A DNA stretch of 64,000 nt from Klebsiella pneumoniae (GTDB taxonomy: Bacteria > Pseudomonadota > Gammaproteobacteria > Burkholderiales > UBA3065): contig CAMDGF010000002.1 of the NCBI GenBank assembly GCA_945897555.1, positions 389 through 64,388 on the forward strand. The letters are read 5' to 3'. Each line of letters opens with the position of its first letter. Position 1 is the first letter of the stretch. Shown here piece by piece: positions 46,492 to 60,279 of this stretch. The notes below the pieces were generated by a model. The model was not told where the DNA came from and ran no database searches. It saw only the letters and a program-made list of their open reading frames with translations. The position numbers and the translations under genes were made by a program.

Positions 46492-47121
46492 CTAGGCCGT
46501 TTGGCGAGCCAGGATCGTCAGGACCTCGGCTGCCGTATCGGCTCTGTGCAACACGCCGAGATGCTCGGGTTCGATCATTCCTCGACGTACGGGCGATTCC
46601 TCGAGCCAGTGCATCAGGCTATCCCAATAGCCATCACCGATGAGGATGACCGGCACGCGCGCCGCCTTGCGCGTGCTCATCAGGCACAGCACCTCGAAGA
46701 TCTCGTCGAGCGTGCCGAGGCCGCCCGGCATCGCCACGAAAGCCTGCGAGTACCGTACGAATGTGGCCTTGCGCGTAAAGAAGCGCTCGAAGTGCAGATA
46801 GATGTCGATGTGAGGGTTGGGCTGCGTCTCCGACGGCAAGCGGATGCCAAGCCCAACGCTCGGACGGCCGCCTGCCTGTGCCCCGCGATTGAAGGCGTCC
46901 ATGAGACCCGGACCGCCGCCAGTGATGATGGCAAGGCCCGCACTCGAAAGGTCGCGAGCGAGGGTAAAGGCACGATGGCAGAGCGGGTCCTGCGGATCGA
47001 TACGCGAGCTGCCGAACATCGCGATCGCCGGGCCGAGGTTGTGCAATGCGCGCTCGGCTTGAGCCAACTCGTGACCGATCGCCTCGATGTCCCAGTATTG
47101 GAGATCGATCTGAGACGACAT
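46492..47121 (-). CDS. LOG-family (TIGR00730-like) nucleotide monophosphate phosphoribohydrolase
   Basis: FGSSR, ITGGGPGLM, FFTRK, PGGLGTLDE. Confidence 0.88.
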   Translation of the reverse strand: MSSQIDLQYWDIEAIGHELAQAERALHNLGPAIAMFGSSRIDPQDPLCHRAFTLARDLSSAGLAIITGGGPGLMDAFNRGAQAGGRPSVGLGIRLPSETQPNPHIDIYLHFERFFTRKATFVRYSQAFVAMPGGLGTLDEIFEVLCLMSTRKAARVPVILIGDGYWDSLMHWLEESPVRRGMIEPEHLGVLHRADTAAEVLTILARQTA

Positions 47122-47191
47122 CACGAGACAACCGAGCGCTTGCGGTGCAACACGTGTGCTCGCGGGTGGGTCTGCTGATCGCGCACTTCCA

Positions 47192-48976
47192 TCACGCAGC
47201 GGGTGTGGCGAAGTGCCGGTTGCAGAACCGCAGATCCTGAGGGTAGGGGAAGAAGTCCTCCAGCTCGCGCCGGCGGATGATCTCCTGCGTCTTTTGCCAG
47301 AAATCCACATCGAGCAGGTCGCGGTGGTACTTCAAAAAAGCTTTGCGGATCTTGGGCTGACCGAGCAAGAAGGTGCCCCATTCCTCGGGGAAGACATCAT
47401 TGCGCGCCACTGAGTACCAGGGCTCGCCACTCATCTCCGCCTCTTCGTTGGGCGCGGGCGGGATGCGGCGGAAGTTGCAGTCGGTCAGGTACTCGATCTC
47501 GTCGTAGTCGTAGAACACCACGCGCCGGTAGCGCGTCACGCCAAAGTTCTTCCACAGCATGTCGCCGGGGAAGATGTTGGCGCGAGCCATCTCGCGTATC
47601 GCGTTGCCGTACTCGCGCACCGCCTCGTCGATCTGCTCCTCCGACGCGTTCTCCAGATACAGGTTGAGCGGCGTCATGCGGCGCTCGATGTAGCAGTGGT
47701 CGACGATGAGGTTGTCGCCTTCCTCGTGGACGATGGACGGCGCCACGTCGAACAGTTGTGCCATCAGCTCGTCGGAGAAGCGCGCGCGCGGCAGTGCCAG
47801 CTCGGTGAACTCGAGTGTGTCGGCCATCCGGCCGACGCGGTCGATGTTCTTGACCATCATGAACTTGGCTTTCACGCCCTCGCGGGTGATGTCCTTGGAG
47901 CTGCCGAAGCGGTCCTTGATGATCTTGAAGACGTAGGGGTAGCTCGGCAGCATGAAGACGTGCATCACCAGTCCGCGGATGCCGGGCGCCTCCACAAACT
48001 GGTCGTCTGAATGGTTCAGGTGGAACAGCAGATCGCGGTAGAACATGGTCTTGCCCTGCTTGGCCAGCCCGAGCATGGTGTAGAGCTCGGAGCGCGGCTT
48101 GTTGGGCATGATCCGGCGCAGGAACTGGATGTAGGCCGACGGCACTTCCATGTCGACCATAAAGTACGCGCGCGACAGCGAGAACAGCACCGAGATGCGC
48201 CATGCCTCAAGGATGATGGCATCGACCATAAGGCCGCCTGCGGGGCCATGGATGATCGGCATCGCCCAAGACCACTCCTTGTGGCCGTTGAACATACGGC
48301 CGATGAGATACGCCCCCTTGTTGCGATAGAAGGGCGAATTGAGCACCTGGATCTGGCAGTTGGCCTCCACCGCCGGCCACTCGCCACCGATCTGCGCCAG
48401 CGCCACCTGCATGATGTGGTCGACGTCGCGGTCGAGGTCCTCGAAAGGCCGCGTCCACGCCTCGTCAAGCAGCATCTGGCGGATGCAGGCACGCATGCCC
48501 CCGCCGCTGCGCGGGTAATAACACCGGTAGGTGGGCGGGTCGGATTCGATGAACTCGGTCGAGATGGCCGGCCGCACAAAGATGAAGTCGTTGCGGAAGT
48601 AGGTGTGGTGCAGGATCTTGGTGGTGACTGAGTTGAAGAAGGTCTCGGCCAGTTCCGGCTGCTTGTGGTCGATCAGCTTGCCAATGAATAGCAGCTTGGC
48701 GCGCTGCCACACCGTATCGTCGAGAGTCGCTGCTGCAAACTCATCGGTAAGACGCGCCACACACTCGCGCACGCGGTCTTCGTAGTAACGGATGCGCTCG
48801 CTCACGGCGTCCTGCACCTCATGCCAGCGCGCCTGCTCGAAGCGTTGTTTGGCACGCGCGCTGGCCTCGCGGAACAGGCTGTAATGGCGGTCGAAGCCTT
48901 CGATCAATGCCTCGGCGATGCTCTCGGCGACAGCTTCCTTGTTGGGCTGCGCGATGTTGAGGATGCGGCGTTCCAT
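47192..48976 (-). CDS. aceK: Isocitrate dehydrogenase kinase/phosphatase
   Basis: [62 protein letters not shown]. Confidence 0.96.
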   Translation of the reverse strand: MERRILNIAQPNKEAVAESIAEALIEGFDRHYSLFREASARAKQRFEQARWHEVQDAVSERIRYYEDRVRECVARLTDEFAAATLDDTVWQRAKLLFIGKLIDHKQPELAETFFNSVTTKILHHTYFRNDFIFVRPAISTEFIESDPPTYRCYYPRSGGGMRACIRQMLLDEAWTRPFEDLDRDVDHIMQVALAQIGGEWPAVEANCQIQVLNSPFYRNKGAYLIGRMFNGHKEWSWAMPIIHGPAGGLMVDAIILEAWRISVLFSLSRAYFMVDMEVPSAYIQFLRRIMPNKPRSELYTMLGLAKQGKTMFYRDLLFHLNHSDDQFVEAPGIRGLVMHVFMLPSYPYVFKIIKDRFGSSKDITREGVKAKFMMVKNIDRVGRMADTLEFTELALPRARFSDELMAQLFDVAPSIVHEEGDNLIVDHCYIERRMTPLNLYLENASEEQIDEAVREYGNAIREMARANIFPGDMLWKNFGVTRYRRVVFYDYDEIEYLTDCNFRRIPPAPNEEAEMSGEPWYSVARNDVFPEEWGTFLLGQPKIRKAFLKYHRDLLDVDFWQKTQEIIRRRELEDFFPYPQDLRFCNRHFATPAA

Positions 48977-49131
48977 GCGGCCATTGTGCCCGAGGCGTAC
49001 ACTTGTTGCGTCACCTGCGCGAAGCCCTCGCGGTGGGGTCGCGGCTCGGCGTGCGCGCCGGGAACGCCCGGCGGGCGGCAGCATCGAACATCGGTATCAG
49101 TTCTCCATACGCCCGGAAAAAGGATGCAACC

Positions 49132-50364
<1,233 letters not shown>

Positions 50365-51876
50365 CTACTTCTTGGCCGCTGCGGCGTAGCGCTTGAGCGC
50401 TTCGGCGCGTTGTGTGGGGTGGTCGACGACCGGTGGTGGATAGTCGCGGCCGATGGCGAAGCCCGCCGCCTGCGCCTCGAGCGGCGGTAGGGTCCACGGC
50501 GCGTGGATGTACTTCGCAGGCACCTTGGCCAGTTCCGGCACGTAGCGGCGGATGAACTTGCCCTCGGCGTCGAACTTCTCCGACTGGCTGATCGGGTTGA
50601 AGATGCGGAAATAGGGCTGCGCATCGCAGCCGGTGCTTGCCGCCCACTGCCAGCCACCGTTGTTGGCCGACTGATCGAAGTCGATGAGCTTGCGCGCGAA
50701 ATAGGCCTCGCCCAGCCGCCAGTCGAGCAGCAGGTGCTTGGCAAAGAAGCTCGCTGTGACCATGCGCAGCCGGTTATGCATGTAGCCGGTGGTGTTGAGT
50801 TGGCGCATCGCAGCATCGACCAGCGGATAGCCGGTTCGGCCCTCTTGCCAGGCGGCCAGCCGCTCCGCATCGTCGTCGGTGACAAGTGCCTCGTATTCCG
50901 GCTTGAACGGCTGGGTGGCAGCGTGCGGGAAGTGGTGCAGGATGGCGAAGTAGAAGTCGCGCCAGATCAATTCATTGAGCCATCCGATGCGGCCCTCGGT
51001 CAGGGCGCGCGCGTCTGATGGCATGGCTGCTGTGACGTTCGGATCAGTGGGGCCGTTGATTACACCGCCGAGCCCCAGCGCGAGCCGCGCACACTCACGG
51101 ATGCTCACCGTGCCGAAGCGCAGGTGCACGGAGAGATACGACACGCCCTTGACCGCAGGAAAGTCGCGCCGCTCCTTGTAGCCATCGATCCGTTGAGCAA
51201 AATCGGCCAGCCGCTCGCGGCCACCGGTCATGCCGGGGGTGATACCGAGCGCTCCGTTGTCGGTGGATGCGAAGCCCATGTCGGCGAGCGACGGGATGCG
51301 CGCGTCTGCCGGTGGCGGCTGCAGCTGGCCCGGTCGAGGGTCCACCGGGTATGCAGCCACATCCACCAGCGGCGGTTCGGCCGCGTGCAGGCGTTTGAAC
51401 CACGCGTTCTTGTAGGGCGTAAAGACGGTGTAGGGCTTGCCAGCGAGGGTGAGCACCTCGTCGCGCTCAAAGACAACGTGCTCCTTGACCGGGCAGGGCT
51501 CGATGCCGGCCGCCTGCAGCTGAGCGATGACGTCAGCGTCGCGGCTGCGCGCGGCGGGTTCGTAGTCGCGGCCCCAGTAGACCGCTTGCACGCCGAGATC
51601 GCGTGCCAGCGCCGGGACCCGGTCGCGGGCGCGGCCGTGCAGCACGTGCAGGCCGCCGCCTTTAGCGCGCAAGCCCGCGTCCAGTTCGACCAGCGAGTCA
51701 TGGATGAACTCGACGCGGCGGTCGGCGCGGTCGTCCAGCGCGTCGAGGATCCCGGTGTCGAAGACGAACACGCAGTGCACCCGCGCGGCGCTGGCCAGCG
51801 CGTGGTGCAAGGGCGCGTGGTCATGGCTGCGAAGATCGCGACGGAACCAGACGAGGGCAGAATCGATGGCTGGCAT
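50365..51876 (-). CDS. phrB: Deoxyribodipyrimidine photolyase (class I CPD type)
   Basis: WFRRDLR, SYLSVHLRFG, ELIWRDF, TGYPLVDAAMR, MHNRLRM, NNGGWQW, FRIFNP. Confidence 0.93.
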   Translation of the reverse strand: MPAIDSALVWFRRDLRSHDHAPLHHALASAARVHCVFVFDTGILDALDDRADRRVEFIHDSLVELDAGLRAKGGGLHVLHGRARDRVPALARDLGVQAVYWGRDYEPAARSRDADVIAQLQAAGIEPCPVKEHVVFERDEVLTLAGKPYTVFTPYKNAWFKRLHAAEPPLVDVAAYPVDPRPGQLQPPPADARIPSLADMGFASTDNGALGITPGMTGGRERLADFAQRIDGYKERRDFPAVKGVSYLSVHLRFGTVSIRECARLALGLGGVINGPTDPNVTAAMPSDARALTEGRIGWLNELIWRDFYFAILHHFPHAATQPFKPEYEALVTDDDAERLAAWQEGRTGYPLVDAAMRQLNTTGYMHNRLRMVTASFFAKHLLLDWRLGEAYFARKLIDFDQSANNGGWQWAASTGCDAQPYFRIFNPISQSEKFDAEGKFIRRYVPELAKVPAKYIHAPWTLPPLEAQAAGFAIGRDYPPPVVDHPTQRAEALKRYAAAAKK

Positions 51877-51923
51877 GGGCGGGCGACTCACGGATGGTCA
51901 CGCTCAGTCCATCGCTAAGGGTT

Positions 51924-52738
51924 TCAGTTCCCGGGTCTGGCAAACACGAAGAACTCCCGGTTGCCATCGCCGCCGGTGATCGGGCTGTCGAACCAGTCGA
52001 GCACCTGCAGGCCAGCCTCAGTGAATGCAGCCCTGACCCGCGACTCGACATCGGCGTAGCGCGCCGGATCCTTCACCAAGCCACCCTTGCCGATGTCAGC
52101 CGGCTGCAGCTCGAACTGCGGCTTGACCAGGCTCAGGACGTGACCACCCGGCGCGAGAAGCGCGAGCCAGCAGGGCAATAGCAAGGTGACCGAGATGAAG
52201 CTCGCATCGCAGACGATGACATCGAATGTCTGCTCGTTGACGTCAGATGAAGACAGTTGCCGCGCGTTGATGCCTTCGAGCGTTGTGTTGCGTTCAGCTT
52301 CGCGCAACTTGCGGTGAAGTTGGTCGTGCCCGACATCCACGCCGAGTACGCTGGCCGCGCCCGCCTGCAATAGGCAATCCGTGAACCCCCCGGTGGATTG
52401 ACCGACATCCAGGCAGTGCAGTCCTTGAACATCAAGGCCCGTGCGCTCAAGCGCACCCGCCAGCTTGAGCCCGCCGCGCGACACGTAGCGGTCGGCCGGG
52501 TCGGGCACGACGCTGAGTTCGCCCGGCTCAGGCGCAAGCGTAGAGGCGCGCTTGACCGGCACCCCGGCCAACAGCACCCGCCCGGCGTCGATCAGGCGCT
52601 GGGCCGCGGTGCGCGATTCGGCCAAACCCTGCGCGACGAGCACCGTGTCGACGCGCAGGTCATGGTCGGGGGACGGCTGGCTGACGTGTGCCTTGTGCCC
52701 CGGATTGGGTGGCCGCCCTTTGCGCGGGTGGAAGGATT

Positions 52739-52742
<4 letters not shown>
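51924..52742 (-). CDS. tlyA: TlyA-family rRNA 2'-O-methyltransferase
   Basis: S4-like N-terminus, [47 protein letters not shown] overlaps the ahcY stop; start approximate. Confidence 0.9.
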
Positions 52743-54181
<1,439 letters not shown>

Positions 54182-54259
54182 GTTCTCTCCTTGAACGGTG
54201 GCCGGGAGGCAGGCGGTGGGCTCACCCTCTGCCCGTGCCCGGCACGGGTTATCGATCAG

Positions 54260-54328
54260 GGTGAGCGTCGTTGTCCGCCGCAGCGGCACCCGAGCCTGGG
54301 GGCAGAGCCTCGCAACGCTCCTCGGGAA
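54260..54328 (-). ncRNA. SAH riboswitch
   Basis: Minus strand CCCGAGGAGCGTTGCG...CCAGGCTCGGG...CAACGACGCTCA matches the SAH aptamer consensus (P1 CCGAG/CTCGG, pseudoknot GAGCGTTG/CAACGACGCTC). Upstream of ahcY; -10 TAGAAT at 54343-54338. Confidence 0.92.
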
Positions 54329-54350
54329 GTGCCCGTGATTCTAGGTGAAT

Positions 54351-55814
54351 CTAGCGCGATGTCCACCCCGTCCCGAGGGCCTTGAGGAGATCGATGGTGG
54401 CTGCGATGCGGTTTTGCCGGGCCGTCACCCAGGCCTGCTCGGCGGCGTTGGCGGTGCGTTCGGCGTCGAGCACTTCGAGCCAGCCGGAATAGCCGCCCTC
54501 GTAACGCACCCGCGAAACCTTGGCCGCCGCCGCACTGGCATCGCGCTGGGCCGCTGCCGCCGTCTCGATCGATCGATTCTGCTCCAGACTGATCAACGCG
54601 TCGCTGGCCTCGCGGAAAGCCGTGAGCACTGTTGCCTCATAGGTGGCTTGGGCTTGCATGGCCTGTGCGCGTGCCTGGTCGGTGCGCGCCTCGGCGCGGC
54701 CGGCGTCGAACAGGGGCGCGGTGAGGCCGGCCGCAAGCGTCCAGATGCGAGCCGGGGCGGTCAGCAGGTCGGCCAATTCGCCGCTCTGCTGGCCCAGTGA
54801 ACCGGTGAGCGAGATCAGCGGAAAGCGTGCGGCGCGCACCGCTTGTGTCTGCAGCCTTGCTGCTTGCATCTGCGCCATCGCTGCGCGCACGTCCGGCCGG
54901 TCCTCGAGCAGTGCCGAGGGCAACCCGGCTGGCGGCACCGGTGCCTCGGGCATCGCTCGCTCCCGTTGCGGGGCCAATTGCGTCGCCGGCTCGCCGCAAA
55001 GCAAAGCGAGCTGATTCTGTAGCAGTCCTCGCGAGCGCTCCAGCAGCGAGCCTTGTGCGCTCAGGTTTGCCACCGCTGCTTCAGCCTGACGTTCCTCGAG
55101 TTCGCTGCCGACGCCCTCAGCGCGACGAATACGGATCAGGCGCAGGCTCTCCTCGCGGCTCGCGAGCGTTTTGCGGGTGAGCGCGAGCGAAAGATCGACC
55201 GCCCGCAGGCTCACCACCGTCTGCGCCACGGTGGCCACCAATGTCATCGCCACCGCATCGGCAGCCTCACGGCTCGCGAGCAGGTTGGCGCGCGCGGCCT
55301 CGCGCGAGGAGCGCAGGCGGCCCCAGACATCGACTTCATAGCTGGTGGTGAGCGCCAGTCGCTGATCGGCGCGGTAGACCGGTGCATTGGCCGGCAATGG
55401 CACCGCGCCGACCTCAGTGGCGCGATTGCGCGTGGCACCCGCCTCGACGTTGATCTGTGGCAAGAGGGCTGCGCCGTTCAGGCGCAGCAGGGCATCGGCC
55501 TCATCGATGCGGGCCACGGCACGGCGCAGGTCGCGGTTATTGCGCAGCGCGGTCTCGACCAGTGCCGGCAGGTCGGGATCGTCGATCAGCGTCCACCAGC
55601 GCGGGTTGCCGAGCGCGGCGACCTCTGTCTCGGGACGAACGGCGTAGTCGGTTGGCAGGCGCGTTTCGGGCTCACCAAAAGGTTTGAGCGCCGAGCATCC
55701 GGTCAACAGCAGGCCAAGGGCTGCTACCGCCATGGTGGGCCGAACGGTGGGCAGCGTGTCGTTGGCGCGGCGCCGCACGGACTTGGCTCGAGCAAGACGG
55801 CACGGCAGGTTCAT
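54351..55814 (-). CDS. RND efflux outer-membrane lipoprotein (OprM/NodT family)
   Basis: Lipobox LLTGC, WW..DD..L, SYEVDVWGRL, PAGLPSALLEDRPDV, LKALGTGW. Confidence 0.92.
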   Translation of the reverse strand: MNLPCRLARAKSVRRRANDTLPTVRPTMAVAALGLLLTGCSALKPFGEPETRLPTDYAVRPETEVAALGNPRWWTLIDDPDLPALVETALRNNRDLRRAVARIDEADALLRLNGAALLPQINVEAGATRNRATEVGAVPLPANAPVYRADQRLALTTSYEVDVWGRLRSSREAARANLLASREAADAVAMTLVATVAQTVVSLRAVDLSLALTRKTLASREESLRLIRIRRAEGVGSELEERQAEAAVANLSAQGSLLERSRGLLQNQLALLCGEPATQLAPQRERAMPEAPVPPAGLPSALLEDRPDVRAAMAQMQAARLQTQAVRAARFPLISLTGSLGQQSGELADLLTAPARIWTLAAGLTAPLFDAGRAEARTDQARAQAMQAQATYEATVLTAFREASDALISLEQNRSIETAAAAQRDASAAAAKVSRVRYEGGYSGWLEVLDAERTANAAEQAWVTARQNRIAATIDLLKALGTGWTSR

Positions 55815-58800
55815 GCGCTGCCCGTCTCGTGCCGTTTGTCCGCGTCGGCGCGCGTGCCGCGAACCCGCGTCAACAGCCTGAAGAACAAGGGTACGAACAA
55901 TGGTGCGACGAAGGTGGCCAGCAGCATGCCGCCAAACACCCCGGTGCCCATCGATTGTCGCGCGCCGGCGCCGGCGCCTTGCGCAAACAGCAATGGGACG
56001 ACTCCCAGCATGAACGCCAGGGACGTCATGATGATGGGCCGGAAGCGCTGTCGCGCGGCTTCCAGCGCGGCTTCGGCTGGGCTCAGACCCACCGCCATCT
56101 TCTGCGCTGCGAACTCGAGGATGAGGATGGCGTTCTTGGCCGATAGTCCGACCAGCACCACCAGCCCGATGTTGAAGTAGATGTCGGCGGGCATCTGCCG
56201 GATCGCGACCGCCAGCAGCGCACCGAGCAGCGCAAACGGTACCGACATCACCACCGCCAGCGGGAGTGACCAGCGCTCAAACTGTGCGGCGAGGATCAGC
56301 AGCACCATGACCACAGCAAAGCCGAAAGCCACCAAGGCTGTGTTGCCGGTTCGCTTTTCCTGAAAAGCCTGGCCCGTCCACGCCAAGGAATAGCCGGGCG
56401 GCAGCGTCTGCGCGGCGATCTCCTCGACCCGCCGGATGACCTCGCCAGAGCTGCTGCCTTGAATGCCTCCCCCCAGAATCTTGGCAGCCAGGAATCCATC
56501 GAAGCGCTCCAGATATTCCGGCCCGCTGACGGGCTGGATGGAGATAAGGCTGGCAAGCGGGATCATGTTGCCGTCGCCGCCTCGCACGTAGGCCTTGCCG
56601 ATGTCCTCAGGGCTGCTGCGGTATTCCGCCGCTGACTGCACCTGCACACGGAAAGTGCGTCCAGCACGGTTGAAATCGTTCACGTAAAGCGTACCGATGG
56701 TGGCCTGCAGGGTGGCGTAGAGGTCATTCAGGGAGACCCCCAGTGAGAGGGCCTTTTCCCGGTCGACCTCGACTCGCAGCTGCGGCAGTCTCGGTTTGAA
56801 CGTCGTCCGGACGTCTTTGAGCATGGGGTCTGCCTTCAAGGCATCGGTGAACGCGCCGACGACCTTTGCCAGACCCTCCGCCTCGCCATCGACCCGGCTC
56901 TGGATAAAGCCCTCGAAGCCCCCGGCGGTACCGATGCCGCGGATCGGCGGCGGGTTGTTGAAGCGAACCGTACCGTCACGCAGATCGGTGATCTTGGCGC
57001 TGAACTCGTCCACCAGGTCGATGGCCTTGCGGCCGGGCCGCTCATCCCAGTCCCGCAGCACGACAAATAGCGTGCCGACATTGGTCTGGCTACCCCCGCT
57101 GATGAAGTCGAGGCCCATGTACTGAGAGACATAGGCGACGTCGGGGTGCTCCAGGAGTCGGCTGGCGACCTCATTGGAGTAGGCCTTCGTGCGGTTGAGG
57201 CTGGCGGCTTCGGGCAGCGTCAGGCTGCCCACCACAAAGCCACGGTCCTCTGCCGGCACGAAGGCTGTCGGTGTCCTGGCAAGCAGCCAAGCGTCGGCGG
57301 ACAAGAGGATGACGAAAAACAAGGTGCCGATGATGCCGTGGCGCAGTATGGATGCGACGATGCTGGAGTAGGCGCCGGTCAACCTGCCAAAGGCCTGATT
57401 GAACGCCTCGAACACCCAGGGCTTGCTCTTGGGCACCCGCAGCAGGCGCGCGCACAGCGCGGGCGTCAGCGTCAGCGCGACAACACCCGAGAGCACCACA
57501 GCGATGGCCACGGTGATCGCGAACTGTTTGTAGAGCGCGCCGGCGATGCCGCCGACAAAGGCGATCGGCACGAACACCGCGGTCAGCACCAGCACGATCG
57601 CGATCAATGCGCCCGATACCTCACCCATGGCTTCGATGGCAGCCTCGCGCGCAGCTAAGCCGCGGGTCCGCATGAGGCGTTCAACGTTCTCCAGGACGAC
57701 GATGGCGTCGTCGACGACGATACCGATCACCAGCACCATGGCAAACAAGGAGAACTGGTTCAAAGACAAGCCGAGGAGGTAAAGGCCGGCCAAAGTGCCG
57801 ATCAAGGACACCGGGACTGTGAGCAGCGGGATGAGTGTCGCTCGCCAGTTCTGCAGGAACAGGTATACGACCAGGACCACCAGCCCTGCGGCTTCGAGCA
57901 GGGTGACAAGGACTGCCTTGATCGAAGCACTCACCACCTCGGTGGTGTCGAAAGGGATGAACCAGGTGACGCCCTCCGGGAAGCCCCCTTGCAATTCGGT
58001 CAGGCGGCTACGCACGCGGGTCGCAACGTCGAGGGCATTGGCTCCAGGGCGCAGGAACACGCGGATGAGTGTGGCGGGTTCTGCATTGACGCCGCTCGAT
58101 TGGTCGTAGGTCTGTGCGCCCAATTCGATGTCGGCTACGTCGCGCAAGCGCAGCACGCCGCTGTTGCCGGCAGCGCGGACGATGATGTCGCCAAAAGCCT
58201 CTGCTTCGAGCAGCCGGCCCGGAGTGGTGACCGTGTAGACCAACTGCTGTCCGTTCGGCGCCGGATCCTGTCCGATCTTGCCGGCGGCGTACTGGTTGTT
58301 CTGTGCACGGATCGCGTTGACCACTTCGGCCGTGGTCAAGCCCAGCTGTGCGAGGCGGTCGGGCTGCAGCCAGATCCGCATCGAGTAGTCCCGTGCGCCA
58401 ACCACCGAGGCATCACCGACCCCGGGCAGCCGCTTCATTTCATCAACGATGTTGATGCGCGCATAGTTGGAAAGGAACAAGGTGTCGTGGGAGGGATCCG
58501 TCGAACGCAGGGCGGTGACCATGAGGAGGTCTCGCGAGCGTTTGCTGACCGTCAAGCCCTGGCGGCGCACCTCCTCGGGGAGGCGCGGCAGTGCGGCTTG
58601 GATGCGGTTGTTGACGTTGATCGCGGCTTGATCGCCGTTGGTCCCGGTCTCGAAGGTCACGCTGATGGACAGCGTGCCATTCGATGCAGCTTGGGAGTTG
58701 AAGTAGAGCATCCCTTCGACCCCGTTGAGCTTTTCCTCGATCGGGCCAGCCACGGTCCGGGCCAAGGTCTCTGCGCTGGCACCAGGGAAAGTGGCCTCGA

Positions 58801-58936
58801 TCTGTACGGCTGGCGGGGCGACCTCAGGGTATTCGGAGACCGGCAGCTGTGGCAGGGCGACCAGACCTGCCACCATCAGCACCAGTCCGATGACGATGGC
58901 GAACACCGGCCGGTCGATGAAGTACCTGCTGTTCAC
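55811..58936 (-). CDS. RND efflux transporter (HAE1, AcrB/MexB-like)
   Basis: FIDRPVFA, YPEVAPP, GIVVDDAIVVLENVER, SAKNAILI, RFRPIIMTS (proton-relay residues intact). 1041 aa. Confidence 0.95.
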   Translation of the reverse strand: MNSRYFIDRPVFAIVIGLVLMVAGLVALPQLPVSEYPEVAPPAVQIEATFPGASAETLARTVAGPIEEKLNGVEGMLYFNSQAASNGTLSISVTFETGTNGDQAAINVNNRIQAALPRLPEEVRRQGLTVSKRSRDLLMVTALRSTDPSHDTLFLSNYARINIVDEMKRLPGVGDASVVGARDYSMRIWLQPDRLAQLGLTTAEVVNAIRAQNNQYAAGKIGQDPAPNGQQLVYTVTTPGRLLEAEAFGDIIVRAAGNSGVLRLRDVADIELGAQTYDQSSGVNAEPATLIRVFLRPGANALDVATRVRSRLTELQGGFPEGVTWFIPFDTTEVVSASIKAVLVTLLEAAGLVVLVVYLFLQNWRATLIPLLTVPVSLIGTLAGLYLLGLSLNQFSLFAMVLVIGIVVDDAIVVLENVERLMRTRGLAAREAAIEAMGEVSGALIAIVLVLTAVFVPIAFVGGIAGALYKQFAITVAIAVVLSGVVALTLTPALCARLLRVPKSKPWVFEAFNQAFGRLTGAYSSIVASILRHGIIGTLFFVILLSADAWLLARTPTAFVPAEDRGFVVGSLTLPEAASLNRTKAYSNEVASRLLEHPDVAYVSQYMGLDFISGGSQTNVGTLFVVLRDWDERPGRKAIDLVDEFSAKITDLRDGTVRFNNPPPIRGIGTAGGFEGFIQSRVDGEAEGLAKVVGAFTDALKADPMLKDVRTTFKPRLPQLRVEVDREKALSLGVSLNDLYATLQATIGTLYVNDFNRAGRTFRVQVQSAAEYRSSPEDIGKAYVRGGDGNMIPLASLISIQPVSGPEYLERFDGFLAAKILGGGIQGSSSGEVIRRVEEIAAQTLPPGYSLAWTGQAFQEKRTGNTALVAFGFAVVMVLLILAAQFERWSLPLAVVMSVPFALLGALLAVAIRQMPADIYFNIGLVVLVGLSAKNAILILEFAAQKMAVGLSPAEAALEAARQRFRPIIMTSLAFMLGVVPLLFAQGAGAGARQSMGTGVFGGMLLATFVAPLFVPLFFRLLTRVRGTRADADKRHETGSA

Positions 58937-58942
58937 GAGCCG

Positions 58943-60154
58943 TTACCGACCCGCGTCGCCACGTGTAACCCCCGACTTTGCGGCGCGTTCGCCACTGGGC
59001 GGGCCAGCCTTGGTCTCGGGCAGCGGCTCAAGTCGCGAACCGGGCTTGATGCGCAAAAGGTTGTCGAGTACCAGTCGGTCACCTGCCTTGAGGCCCTCGG
59101 TGACGATCCAGTTGCCACTGCCATCCCAGCCCGCGGTCGCGATGGGCCTCTTGCCCGGCTTTCCGCCCTCTTCCACGACGTAGACAAAGCGGCCTTTGTC
59201 GCCTTGCAGGACAGCCGACTGCGGCACCAGAAAGAGGCCGTCACGTGCGCTGGTGGTCAGGCGGATGCGGACGAACTGACCCGGCAGGATCCTGCCAGCG
59301 GGGTTGGCGAATTCGGCTCGCAGGGTGACGCTGGCAGTGCGCGCCTCGACCTGGCTGGCGGCGAAGTTGAGTCGTCCCGGCGCGGGATGGATGCTGCCAT
59401 CGGCCAATAACGCCTCGACCTTGCGCACGCTACGGATCTCATCATTGCGGGTCAGGCGTGCATGGTCGGCGTCGGGCAGGCTGAAGCGGACCCAGATCGG
59501 GTCGTTCTGGGTGATGACGGTCAGCGCTTCGCCACCGTTCGTCGCGATCAGGGCGCCCTCGGAGTAACGGGCGCGACCACTGATGCCCGATACCGGCGCT
59601 TCGACGTGGGTCCAAGAGAGATCGAGACGCGCCTGACGGACCGTTGCCTGCGCGGTCTGGCGTTGAGCCCGAGCCAGTGACAGGGTCGAGGCGGCATCGT
59701 CGGCCTCCTTGCGGCCGATGGCATGCTGTTCGGCCAACCGGGCGGTACGAGCGGCCTCGCGCTCGGCCTGCTCGAGCCGCGCTTCGGCTTCGGCGAGTTG
59801 TGCTTCGGCGCGCGCGACCGTGTTTTCGAATGGTGCCGGGTCGATGCGGAACAGGGTCTGCCCGGCACGCACCGGCTCGCCCTCGACATAGGCGCGTTGC
59901 AGCAGGATGCCTCCGACGCGCGCGCGCACCTCGACCTCGCGTCGCCCCTCGGCCTGGCCGACAGCTTCGATGGTCTGCGCCGCCTGAGTGGGACGCATCT
60001 GCAAGGTGGCGACCGGTACCGGCTTGTCGGCTTCAGCTTCTGCCTTGGCCTTGTCGTTCGTCGCTGGTGTCGGCGAGCAGGCTGCGAGCAGCAACAGGAT
60101 CGCCGTCAGCGATGTCACATCCCTGAGGCTGGGCGTGGACCGAAGCAGGTCCAC
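58943..60154 (-). CDS. RND periplasmic adaptor (MFP) lipoprotein
   Basis: Lipobox LAAC, EVRARVGGIL, coiled coil, APVSG, NPAGRILPGQFVR, VPQSAV. Start approximate. Confidence 0.92.
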   Translation of the reverse strand: MDLLRSTPSLRDVTSLTAILLLLAACSPTPATNDKAKAEAEADKPVPVATLQMRPTQAAQTIEAVGQAEGRREVEVRARVGGILLQRAYVEGEPVRAGQTLFRIDPAPFENTVARAEAQLAEAEARLEQAEREAARTARLAEQHAIGRKEADDAASTLSLARAQRQTAQATVRQARLDLSWTHVEAPVSGISGRARYSEGALIATNGGEALTVITQNDPIWVRFSLPDADHARLTRNDEIRSVRKVEALLADGSIHPAPGRLNFAASQVEARTASVTLRAEFANPAGRILPGQFVRIRLTTSARDGLFLVPQSAVLQGDKGRFVYVVEEGGKPGKRPIATAGWDGSGNWIVTEGLKAGDRLVLDNLLRIKPGSRLEPLPETKAGPPSGERAAKSGVTRGDAGR

Positions 60155-60279
60155 AGGCGTCGTCTGTTCTGGGGCAGTCAAGTTAGACGGTCTCTTGCTG
60201 GCGCGACATTCGCCGGAGCGGCAGATTGTGGCAGACCCGGATGCGCGCCGCGTGACAGCGCACGCCACGCGCAGAACAC

